A stretch of 34,113 nt of DNA from Paraspadella gotoi (lineage: Eukaryota; Animalia; Chaetognatha). The position numbers were made by a program, and so were the translations under genes. The DNA lies in contig CM119264.1 of the NCBI GenBank assembly GCA_051294375.1, forward strand, positions 32,108-66,220, given 5' to 3'. The notes under the pieces are model-generated. The model did no database searches and was not told the DNA's origin. It saw only the letters and a list, made by a program, of their open reading frames with translations. This document shows, in pieces, positions 1 to 10,000 of this stretch (positions are counted from its first letter, which is position 1; each line of letters begins with the position of its first letter).

Positions 1-52
1 AACTAGTTCAACATGCAAGTCTTACATCAATGTTTGATTTGTAGCTCGCTCA

Positions 53-84
<32 letters not shown>

Positions 85-451
85 NNNNNNNNNNNNNNNN
101 NNNNNNNNNNNNNNNNNNNNNNNNNNNNNNNNNNNNNNNNNNNNNNNNNNNNNNNNNNNNNNNNNNNNNNNNNNNNNNNNNNNNNNNNNNNNNNNNNNNN
201 NNNNNNNNNNNNNNNNNNNNNNNNNNNNNNNNNNNNNNNNNNNNNNNNNNNNNNNNNNNNNNNNNNNNNNNNNNNNNNNNNNNNNNNNNNNNNNNNNNNN
301 NNNNNNNNNNNNNNNNNNNNNNNNNNNNNNNNCTCTCTCTCTCTCTCTCCCCGCTTGGCATGCACCAGTTACGTACATAAAAGGTTCTCCAAAAAGGAAG
401 ATTTTTCAAAGCATTGAAATAACTGGCGATTATAAATTATTATTTAAGACT
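1..451 (+). repeat. Partial copy of the duplicated locus (matches 9998-10191 and ~16342-16582), interrupted by a (CT)n-flanked N gap
   Basis: AACTAGTTCAACATGCAAGTCTTACATCAATGTTTGATT at 1 recurs at 9998. ...GGCGATTATAAATTATTATTTAAGACT at the end recurs up to 10191. Confidence 0.9.
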
Positions 452-476
452 NNNNNNNNNNNNNNNNNNNNNNNNN

Positions 477-3400
477 AGAAACGACCAAATATCTACACCC
501 TAGTATAGTTCAAAGAAGTAAAAAGGCTACCCGACTCGTCGATTTTAAACGCGATACATAACCGTGGAAGTCATACGCGTGAATAATCTTCTTAACCAAT
601 CATCGATCGGATTACAACTGGATGACTCGCTACATGTCTGAGCCTAAATCAACTAAATTTACCTAAATCGGCCAGTTATTTCGATGCTTTGAATGAAAAT
701 CTCTTCCTTTTATGGAGAACCTTCTTATTGTACGTAAACGGTGCATGCCCAAGACAGTGGGAGAGGAGAAGAGATGAGAGAGATGGAGAGAAGAAGAGAG
801 AGATGAGAGAGAGAGAGAGAGCGTGATCTAGCGAAGTACAAATCAAAAAGCGATTGTACATGGTAAGACTATGCCATGGTTGAACTAGTTTTTCATTTCT
901 CATTTTGAAGGTCCATACTAAACCTTCTTCAGCGAAACAGATCCTCGTCTACGGTATAGATTAAAGTATTGAATTGTGATAGGCAGACTCGACTCGCGAC
1001 CCTTCGATACGAAAAAATCTCTCTCTCTCCTCTCTCTCTCGTACATCTCTCCTCTACTCTCGGTCTCTCTCTTCTCTTTCTCTTCTCTCTTCATCTCTCT
1101 CCACGATTTGTGTGACCTTGTAAATCATGTCCTATCATAAAAAAAAAATTCCGTTCCCTATAATAAAACAAACCAAACCCCCTACAGATGTGTCCAAATT
1201 AACCCAGTAACGAACTTTATCACTCATACATCCACAACATTATATAGTACCCCAAACTGGCTAAATCTACAAATAGGAGGAAACAAAATAAAACCACAAA
1301 AACAATATTAAAAATTGAAACAATAATAAAGGCTATATCACTTAATAGATCCAAAGAAATAAATATCTCATTAGTAAACCGTAAATACTGATCAGCCATA
1401 CCACTACTATCAACCTCTTAAAGTGGAACTGAATTATAAATACACCTTTTTAACTACCGGAATCTCTAAAACAAGAAGACTCATCTTAACCCTACATCAA
1501 ACAAAAAAACCAAATCCACCAAACGAATTTAAAAATGACCCAAATAATAACCCACAATACCTAGCCAACACGTGGTGAGCCCCGACGTGATGCACGGACA
1601 AGAAGTCGGTTTAAGGCGGAGAAAAAATGAGCAACGCCCGAGAGAATGTCTCGACCCCGCTGAGGCCCTAGCAGCACGAGAAATCAAGACTTAAAGGCGA
1701 AACAAGAGTGAGGTGGATGATAGACTTTCCCCTGAAGTGATGACATACTATAAAGAGTTTGGCAGGACCAGGCGTGGGTCATTGAGCCGTCCCCGTTAAT
1801 GCGTTCTGGAATAGATGATGTTAATAACAGAAAAGGCAGGGCAGCCGCAGATTATACTCTGCCGACATGATTGCAAGCAGTAACGAGATGTCGGGCCGCC
1901 TCTGTTGGGATTGTGGCGAGAAGCTTGTGCCTTATATGGTAGCAGAAATCGTCAAAATGGAAACGTCAGCGGAAACCTAATCGGAAAAGAACAGATACTT
2001 GGCAACGCCAGTTATCACACCTTCCTCGACAGTTGGTCGAGGTTACAACAACGCACCGAACAAATTCTCATGGCGTCTATGCGCAGAGGGCAGGGGGCGA
2101 GACGTGGGACGCGAACGTACATCTCGTGCAAAAGAGCAAATCACCGCGTCGATCAGTCCAAGTTGCCGGAACTGGGAATTTAGTGAATGCCAAAGGAGAG
2201 CAGCACGTTTTCAGCGAGCCAGCCACACATTCAGCATGGGAGAGGTATGATTGCATCATTATCAGTCGGCGAAGGCGATTAGCCGCAGGAGGACTCAGGC
2301 AAAGCGTTACCTACGGAAGTTGTTCTGAGCTCAGCATAACTCTACTCGGCGGCGTCGCTAATTGCCGTATGGGAGGACCTTTCCAGGTTCGGTGAAGGCG
2401 GCTCAACGATTCCATTGCCTGTGGAATAATGAACTATGCATGTGCGTAATAGTTCGAAACAGGGTAATACGAAACCATACCGAACAAGCAAATTGCAGCA
2501 ACCTAGTCGGCAATAAGTTAACCGAGACGTAACCAAAGTTGGTAGCTAACACCCCGGGATCTGAAGTCGTTGCGACGGATTTATCAATGTACACCTTTTC
2601 TGGAATGCAAGATATAAAGCACTAATTTGCCGATTCTCCTCAATGTCATCCAACCCATAAAGGAAGAAGGAGAAGAGAGACGAGAGTAGAGCATACGAAG
2701 AAGAAGAGAGAGAAGAGAGAGGAGAGAGACGAGAGAGAGAGAGAATCGGTTAAAGTTGGAATTGACGACATTTTTGGGGAATGACACTCAAAACTTGACT
2801 TCTTTCTTGAAGCAATTAGGAAAAATTTATCGTTCTAGAGTATAATGATTTGTTTTTATTAAAAAAATTGTATTAAAATGAATGTTTATATATGCATTTT
2901 TTTTAATTAACATTTGGAGGCTATATTTGACTGTAATATTTTAGGGTGATGGTTGATCTTTTCTGCGGTTAACTATACTATGGACGTGATATAATTATAT
3001 TAAATGTTAACTTTCAGAAGCTCGAGCACTCGTCGATTAAAATCTTCAGTTGCGTTTCTTGTTATATTTTGGGTATAGTCAAGGAACGCTGTGCATTAAC
3101 GTTTCTCGATATCTTTTAATATTTTATATTTTGAGCTTCATTATGAGTATTGGATTTATGGGGCTATGTTGGTTATTTAGGTGGCGAGCAGAAGTGAGGT
3201 GTGAAGGAGGGTGTATAGGTTGGACTGACGTGTATAGTAATGGGCTGTATGATCGTTCTCACGTCTCTCGTCGTGCGGGGCGCGTTAGTCTCTTGTTTCT
3301 CTTCTGTCTTTGGAGTGGAGGGTGCTGCATCTCTCATGCTCATGACGATGGTGCGACGCGTTTCGGATATTTTGAGCTTATTATATTTTGTTCTTCTTTT

Positions 3401-3647
3401 TTTGGTCTCAGTTGTTTGGATCTGTGATTGTATCTATTAGTTGTTATTGTTTATGTTGTGTTAATTTTATTCGTTTGATGAATTAATCCATTTCTCGTTC
3501 CTCGTGTCGTATCCATCCTGCTGCGATCTATCTTTTCTCATTTAATTTAACTCTTCAAATTCCCCTTAGCTTCGGCGGGTTTTATTAAAAGATTTATCAA
3601 AGTAATTAGTGATAATAATCTGATGATAAATTATGAAAAAATTGTCT
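477..3647 (-). repeat. Inverted copy of 13579-16737; 1045-3647 apparently identical to the reverse complement of 13579-16181
   Basis: ORFs in 1905-3440 have identical opposite-strand counterparts whose coordinates sum to 17226 (e.g. 3050+14176, 1905+15321). Both ends of the exact block were checked by eye. 477-1044 is a noisier match to 16182-16737. Confidence 0.95.
1576..2586 (-). mobile_element. Noisy copy of the Ty3/Gypsy integrase + gag-like fragment (mirror of 14640-15650)
   Basis: Reverse complement of the segment aligning to 8951-9635; the minus strand carries GGAATCGTTGAGCCGCCTTCACCGAACC (GIVE-RLHRT with an indel). Confidence 0.7.
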
Positions 3648-3744
3648 AATATCATTACTAGTTTTATTTTTGGTTCGGAAAAGAAAAGGTACAGGATAGT
3701 TAACTGCATACTATGGTGGACTAAAATCCACCAACCGTTCATCA

Positions 3745-3816
3745 GCGGCTATTGGTGCCGGAGGTAAGTCATTCGCCTCCCTACCCAAAGGTCCGGGGTT
3801 CTAGCCCGGTGGTCGT
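3745..3816 (+). promoter_or_regulatory. tRNA-like head with internal Pol III promoter boxes (not a functional tRNA)
   Basis: 72 nt long. Acceptor-like stem GCGGCTA/TGGTCGT (with G-U pairs), A-box-like TGGTGCCGGAGG 3753-3764, B-box-like GGTTCTAGCCC 3797-3807 in a CCGGG/CCCGG stem. The anticodon arm does not pair. TCGCCTCCC resembles the tRNA-Gly anticodon region. Confidence 0.75.
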
Positions 3817-3896
3817 CTGGCAGTTAAGAGGGACGGGGCGCTTAACCCGCCTGTAACATGGTGTTACAGCCTGATCCGAAGCTCAGGGACTGTCAG
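3817..3896 (+). ncRNA. Candidate type-P5 twister self-cleaving ribozyme
   Basis: P5 CTGGCAGTT/GACTGTCAG; AA; P2' GAGG; conserved GA; CGG pairing with loop CCG (pseudoknot 1); vestigial P1 GGCGCT; T^AA cleavage site (3843/3844); P2 CCC; GC pairing with loop GC (pseudoknot 2); P3 CTGTAACA/TGTTACAG; P4 CCTGA/TCAGG closing the 8-nt loop TCCGAAGC. Confidence 0.8.
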
Positions 3897-3994
3897 TAAC
3901 AATTATCAATAATTACTGTCTCTTCAATACACTACTTTGACATGTAATTTGTTAACTCTTTGACTTGCTACCTTTAATGATTATTATTCCAAGA

Positions 3995-6593
3995 GAAGAG
4001 ATGAACTCCAGAAAAATACTAAATAAATAACTACCTTTGAAGAAGCGCTTGAAATAAACGCAGGAAGCCTTTTTCCATGAATAGGGGATCTTTTATGCGT
4101 ATGATGACCATTATAGAACACGCGACAGTTGACCATTAATAGAGACTATATTTTTGGACATCTGATCAATTGCAGCGTTCTAAGATTTACTGAAGCTAGA
4201 GCACCCGTTAAAACCACAAATAAGGTATTTTTAGATTTGTAGCATCTAAAAAAGCAATCCTCTGTTTTCATCATAAATTAAAGGTAATGGGCAACACAAA
4301 GACGATTCTGTTCATAAGAAGACGACAACTATTTTCAAGTCTATATTTTAGTTCCAGGACGTTTGTGTACCAGAGGTTACATCAAACATTATGAAAATTA
4401 TCTTGACTATTCCAGGTAAATTGAACCGCATGGAGAAAACTACTTTAACTTCTTTCATTTTCATTCTTTCCATGTGGCCAATTTTGGATTCGAGACATTC
4501 TGGTCTTTTGTATTCTAAAATTTCTGATTGCATCCTGCCCACTCCGGAATTTCAAATTATGGTAAAAACGGAACCCTCAGCCATGTAGAACTGAGTTCTA
4601 TTTGCTCAGTTGCATCTAACACCAAAATCGAGTTGCATTAGACTCTCCACAAATTTTTCTTTAGATTTCCATATTGTACCAGATAAACTTTCTCTTGAAC
4701 TTTGGTACATTCATCTTGTTGTCACGAGCACTTCAGAGTGGTCTTCAGTTTCAAAATACTCAAAGCCGAGTTTTTAGGAATCTTTTTTAATTACCCAGAT
4801 TCTTGAAACACGCTGAATTAGGAGCATCTCCAGAAGAAGACCATAACGAATATGGGGACTCATATTTAAAATGCTGCTGGATTTTTTCCGAGTGTGAATT
4901 CAATGGTCTCGTGGTATCTTAAGAGCTATACCGTTACAACAATCCAATTTCGTAAAGAAGTTGTCCAAACTTTGGGGTGTAAAATCTGTGATCGAAGCCC
5001 GCAATTTGGGAATCTCCTCCTTTACTCAATTGTTGTTTTAAATGAATTCAGATCTTTTCCTTGCTGGGTTCCTTGCATTTTTTGAGACTTTGCTTTAGCG
5101 TTTCGACTTTCTGTTGTTTCGGTCGCCGTTTCGCGGGCTATTTTGTTATCTAGCTTATTATACAACTTGTACCAATCCCACTCGCGCTTGCAAGAGAAAG
5201 CAGCGAACAAGAAAGACCGGCCAAAGGGCGCACGGCTCGAGGATATGTCGCGAGAGTTCATCAGCAGCTACTTGTTCAAACGGCCCATCATCAACCCGAG
5301 CGAATTCTGATGAGCTTGACTTGCAAACTCATCGCAATTCATAAAAGATGAGCTAGCGTGTTTGTTTAAGACGTGCATGTAGTGTATTCTTGTCAACTCG
5401 CCCCCTTAATAGAAATTTGGGCAGACTTTAACATAATGTGTTTTCCGTACCTCAAAAATGAAATTCTGAAATTTAATATCAGCATTGCTTTTCAAATATG
5501 AATAGGAAGTGTAAAAAATCAGACAAAAATCCCTTTAAGCAATCCGAAGGATTTATGAGTACTCAAGAGAAACTTCAAAAAAGTTTCAAATCAGCCTCCA
5601 AAATCTGGCAATCATGTGAAGTGGCCGGTCCCAATAGTTTTGGAGGCGCCCTTTAAAAGGCTCCGTTTGCTTTTCTGCACCGGATTGATTGAATTGTTGC
5701 CTTTTACCAAGAACACAGATCCGGAAAAAAAATGGCCGATTGCCAATTGCACCAACCTAATTTTCCGGCCCGCGTGCCTGCCCACTTTGGCTCCTTTGCT
5801 CTCCTTTTTAGCTCCTAACTGCCAGGCTGCCAGCTGCCAGTCCAATGCAAACCTGCCCGATCATATCCAAAGTTCCCCAACAACTTTTACCTTGACTCAA
5901 AGATAGCTTCCATTTGGAACATTGCCTGCTGCTGAGACGTTGCTGCTTCTCTTGCAAGTACTAACATATTGCGAAGCGTCTTGAAACGTTTCCGTTCTGA
6001 TTGTATAATCGTATATGCCGAATGCGTTCATGACGTAGAGCTTTTCCCAAAAACTTTTTCTTTTTGCTACAGATTTTCTGAATTATCTCTGTTTTCGAAC
6101 TTTCACGAGGAATATAATCCTCGACCATCGAAACCAATCTATGAGTTACTGTCTAATTTGTTATACAAAGAGGCGACATCGCGCAAAATCATAGCAAGGA
6201 TCACCCGGTATTAATTGCTACGAGCAACCATTCATCAACGCAATACGACACCCATTGGCATCTGTCGCTGTTTGACTCTCGCCTTTCATCTCCTTCACAC
6301 TTATGTCCCTGATTGCTTCAATTTTCCAACCTGATGGTTGAAATTCATTGATTCCATTGAAACCCTGCAATGCTTCAAAATGCACCATCTTTGCATTCAA
6401 TGCTTTTAAGCTTCAATTGCTTCTTTGCCATTTGACTGTGAAATCAACGATCTGGCTTTTTCATTATGTTTTGATGTGGTATTTTCCAACTGTTTGTTTC
6501 TCCATTATGTTGCTGAGAGTTTCAGCTGAAGAAAAGAAGTAATATATTATATATATTCTATTATATTATTATATTATTAATAAACTTTCTCAC
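3995..6593 (-). pseudogene. Frameshift-ridden coding-like region, probably a spliced gene seen through noisy sequence; product unresolved
   Basis: Minus-strand 68-nt GTGAG...TTCTTTTCTTCAG intron (6593-6526), followed by ~2.5 kb free of microsatellites with short protein-like fragments. The peptide LYNKLD is encoded twice (~6160 and ~5160) with synonymous differences. Confidence 0.35.
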
Positions 6594-7228
6594 CGCCCGC
6601 AATCTCCGAAGCAACCGTCCGCTTTTTCGCGAGCAAAACGGCAAAGTTGCTAAAAATAAAAGACATTGCAAAGCCACATTCTGCAATAAAATAAATGTTT
6701 TTTTTTAAAACGTTAATAATGTATATGTTAAAATCTATTATGTGTAAATAGTGTACAACAAAACCACAAAAAAATCATGCGTAGTATACCCAAAAATGTA
6801 TAATTATAAGTGTTAAAGTAAAGTTAAGATTCAATGTGCAAAACAATTTCTTTTTCGAATGAAGAATTATTGCTCGCCGAAAAAACGAATTGAAAGAAAA
6901 AAACTCGTTTTTTGGAAAATCATTCGATTTCTAAACAGGTTTGGAAACGACAGATCATTCATTTTAGAAATGAATACAATAAGACAATTTTTCATGATTT
7001 TTATCATCAGAAATAATACTCTTTGATAAAATCTTTTAAAAAACGGCCGAAGCTAACCGGGGAATTTTGAGGTTAAATAATGAGAAAGTGTGTGCAAGGA
7101 GTTGATACGACGAATTTAGCGAGAATGTTTATTCTCAAACGATAAAATAATAAAATACAAATTGAACTAAGTCTAACAATGAGACAAAAAAGGACCATTA
7201 TAAGGTCAAATACGAAACCGGTGAAATC

Positions 7229-7266
<38 letters not shown>

Positions 7267-7684
7267 TATATCATATATATATTATATAATATATATTATA
7301 TAATATCTAATTAGCGTTATGCAAGTTCCTTGAATTAAAATATTACAGCGCAATGAAAATTTTTGACGAGCATCGAGCTCTGAAATTAAAAACATCTATA
7401 TTTATATGTTATACGCAATTTCAGTAATATATGCTGTATTTATATACATTCTTTTAATACAATTTTTTAATAAAATAAATTCATAATACTCTAAACGATA
7501 ATTTCCTAATTGCTTCAAGAAAGAAGTCAGTTTTGAGTGTCATTCCAAAATGTCGTCAATTCCACTTTACCGATTCTTCTCTCTCTCTCTCTCTCTCTCT
7601 CCTCTCTCTCCTCTTTCCTTTTTTTATGACATTGAGAATCAAATTATCTTTTCTTCATTCAAAAAATGTATTATACCGTCACGC

Positions 7685-8895
7685 GACGGACGACCGACCG
7701 ACGATCGACCGACGACCGGACCGACCGACACGACCGACCGACCGACCGACCGACCGAACACGACGCGATTGACCGAACCGACGAACCGATGCCGATTACC
7801 GATTCGAACCCGACCGACCGACCGACCGACGACCGACGAGCCCAGACCGATCCGACCGACCGAACAACGACCGACCGAGCGCGACCCGCGACGCGACAAC
7901 GACCGACCGATGACCGACCGGACCACGACGAACGACAAGAACGACCGATTGACCACCGCCGACCGACGACCGACCGAGCTGACGACCGACCGACCGACGA
8001 ACGATTGACCGCACCGACCGACCGACCGAGACCGACCGAACCATTGACCGACCATCGGACGACCCCGACCGACCGATCCGTGACCGACCCAGACCGACTG
8101 ATCGAGCGCCGCACCGACCGACCGATCGACGACGACCGATCACCGACCGACGGATCCACTCGAACAGACCGACCGACCGTCACGACCGAGGCCCCACATC
8201 CACCACGATGACGACGAACCGATGACGTGAGACGACCCGACCGCCACCGACGTCGGACGACCGACCACCGACCCGATCACAGACCAACGACGACAGACAC
8301 GATCGAACGACGACGATCCGATCCGACTCGACCCGACCAGACCGACCAGACCGACCGACCGACCGACCGATCCATCGACCGACGCGAATACGACCCGACA
8401 CCATCGACTCGACGCGAGACCGACCGACCGACGACACCGATCCGAGCGCGATCGACCGATCGAATCACCCGCCGATCACCGACTCGAACCTGACGCGACC
8501 GACCGATGACCGCGATGCCACCGACCGACGACGACCGACCGACCGACCGACCGACCGACCCGACCGACCGATTGCGACCGAGACCGGACCGACGATCCCG
8601 ACCGATCCGACCGACCGACCGACCGATTCGACCGATCGATCGATGACCGACCGACCGCATCGACCGACCGATCGACCGGACGACGAGCCCGATCGCGAGC
8701 GCGACCGACGTCACCAGACGACGATCGACGACCGACCGACCGACCCGACGCGACCGAATCACGACCACCACGACCGCGATCGCGACCGACCGTCCGACCG
8801 ACCGACCGACCGATGACCACGATTGACCGACCGATTGACCGACCGACCGACCGACCGACGACGACGACCGACCGACCGGACCGACCGACGACGAA
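7685..8895 (+). repeat. Degenerate (GACC)n tetranucleotide array, ~1.2 kb
   Basis: Continuous ACCG/GACC units with scattered indels; this array produces all the PTDR/SVGR-type ORFs. Confidence 0.95.
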
Positions 8896-8950
8896 CGCCA
8901 CCAGGCAAGCCGCTCCGCCGACCGAGTGCTGTCGTAGGTTTGATCCCGTC

Positions 8951-9180
8951 ACTACCACAGCATATCATCCAAGCATGGAATCGTTGAGCGCCTTCACCGA
9001 ACATGAAGCCTCCCTACGGGCCAAATCGGACGGCCGCCGGTGAGATACTGGCTCAAACAACTTCCGTGGACGCTGCTGAGTCTCCGCGCAACGCCTGCGC
9101 GACGATGTCGACATCTCCCTGCTGAATTGGCGCTCGGCGAAAACTCCGTCGCTCTCCCTGGACAACTAATTCCAGTTCCC
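8951..9180 (+). mobile_element. Ty3/Gypsy LTR-retrotransposon integrase core, C-terminal fragment (frameshifted)
   Basis: Joining frames gives TTTAYHP..GIVERLHRT.KASLRA...WLKQLPWTLLSLRATP....PAELALGENSVALPGQL. This matches the Gypsy integrase pattern TTAYHPQxNGxVERxHR (catalytic Glu) / WxxxLPxxLLxxR / SPAExxxG / LPG. Confidence 0.85.
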
Positions 9181-9248
9181 GGCAAACTGACGTCGACGCC
9201 CGCGATGCTTCACCGGAGGACTCCGCCCTCCAGCCCACGCTCGAACGC

Positions 9249-9635
9249 AAAATGCCGGCGTTTTGACCCGACAACGTCGAGGAATGGATACTGGCGGCCG
9301 AACTGCTTTCGAAGTCGCTGACGTCCATGACGATCGCACCAGAAGACAAGCTCTCGAGCAATCCAACAGAGCGGCACCGCTAATCTCGACCTTGCAATCC
9401 GGCAAGATAAATCGCCCGGCGCCTGCTTTCGTTTTAAACTTCCCATCTGCAGAAGGCATTTACGGGGAGACAAACCCCAACGCGAGCCAAGCTCCTTAAG
9501 ATGTCAATCGCTCAGGGAAAGCACCCCCTCCACACCTTGTCGCCTTAAAGATCTCAGGCGGGAGCGGCCTCACGGCGAGACATTCCCAGGCGTTGCTCCA
9601 TCTCCGCCTTACCGACTTCTGTCCGTGATCACGAT
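9249..9635 (+). mobile_element. Gypsy gag-like N-terminal segment (frameshifted)
   Basis: With single-base corrections reads KMPAFDPDNVEEWILAAELLFEVADVHDDRT, later GDKP and LPTSVR. This resembles the KLPxFxPxxxExW..E..F...I.DD / GDxxP / LPxxVR pattern of Gypsy gag proteins. Confidence 0.55.
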
Positions 9636-9822
9636 ACGTGCTCACCACGTGCTTGCAGGAGATATTAACGTTAATAGCATAGATCGAGAATGAATTTAAC
9701 TCTCCAAAGAAACGGATAAACAATAAAATAGAAATACTAAGTATGAAGAGAAGACAATGGAATAAACGACTGAGGGACCATTTTGGAAATTAAAACATGA
9801 TTACAAGGTCCACACAACGGTG

Positions 9823-9892
<70 letters not shown>

Positions 9893-9894
9893 AC

Positions 9895-10000
9895 TTCGAA
9901 GGTCGCGGTTTCGAGTCTGCCACACAACATCTTAATCTATACGTAGACGGATCTGTTGACGAAGAAGTTTAAATAGACCTTCAATGAGAAATGAATAAAC
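9895..10000 (+). mobile_element. Probable 5'-truncated tRNA-SINE remnant (also ~16225-16345 and ~880-1010 minus)
   Basis: The three noisy copies converge on GGTCGCGAG(TTC)GAGTCTGC, a B-box/T-arm-like motif, directly after an (AG)n tract. No A box seen. Confidence 0.35.

Larger units (their letters stand above)
3712..3930 (+). mobile_element. ~220 bp insertion: tRNA-derived head + twister-like ribozyme (SINE/retrozyme-like)
   Basis: Present between ...CTGCATAC and ACTACTTTGAC here and at 16803-17032, absent in the homologous flank at 10395-10414 (CTGCATACAACTATTTTGAC). ATAC occurs at both ends (3708-3711, 3927-3930), a possible short target-site duplication. Confidence 0.8.

Noticed and set aside
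13-417. ORFs spanning the N gap
   Set aside because: Made of Ns and (CT)n.
3745-3816. Functional tRNA gene
   Set aside because: The anticodon stem does not pair, there is no terminator, and it lies within a polymorphic insertion.
4348-4542. Tc1/mariner-like KVVFS..RFNL motif
   Set aside because: The catalytic DE is missing and no downstream transposase motifs were recognisable.
5300-5400. YMHVLNKH on the minus strand, resembling Transib/RAG1/Chapaev transposases
   Set aside because: Isolated short match with no convincing other catalytic motifs or terminal repeats.
7533-9043. Long overlapping ORFs rich in PTDR/SVGR
   Set aside because: By-products of the stop-poor (GACC)n array.
9950-9995. 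CTGAAGA + AGGT/ACCT hairpin (clearest at ~905-935 minus) as a hammerhead
   Set aside because: The hairpin is followed by TCAA rather than GAAA in all three copies, and stems I and III are absent.
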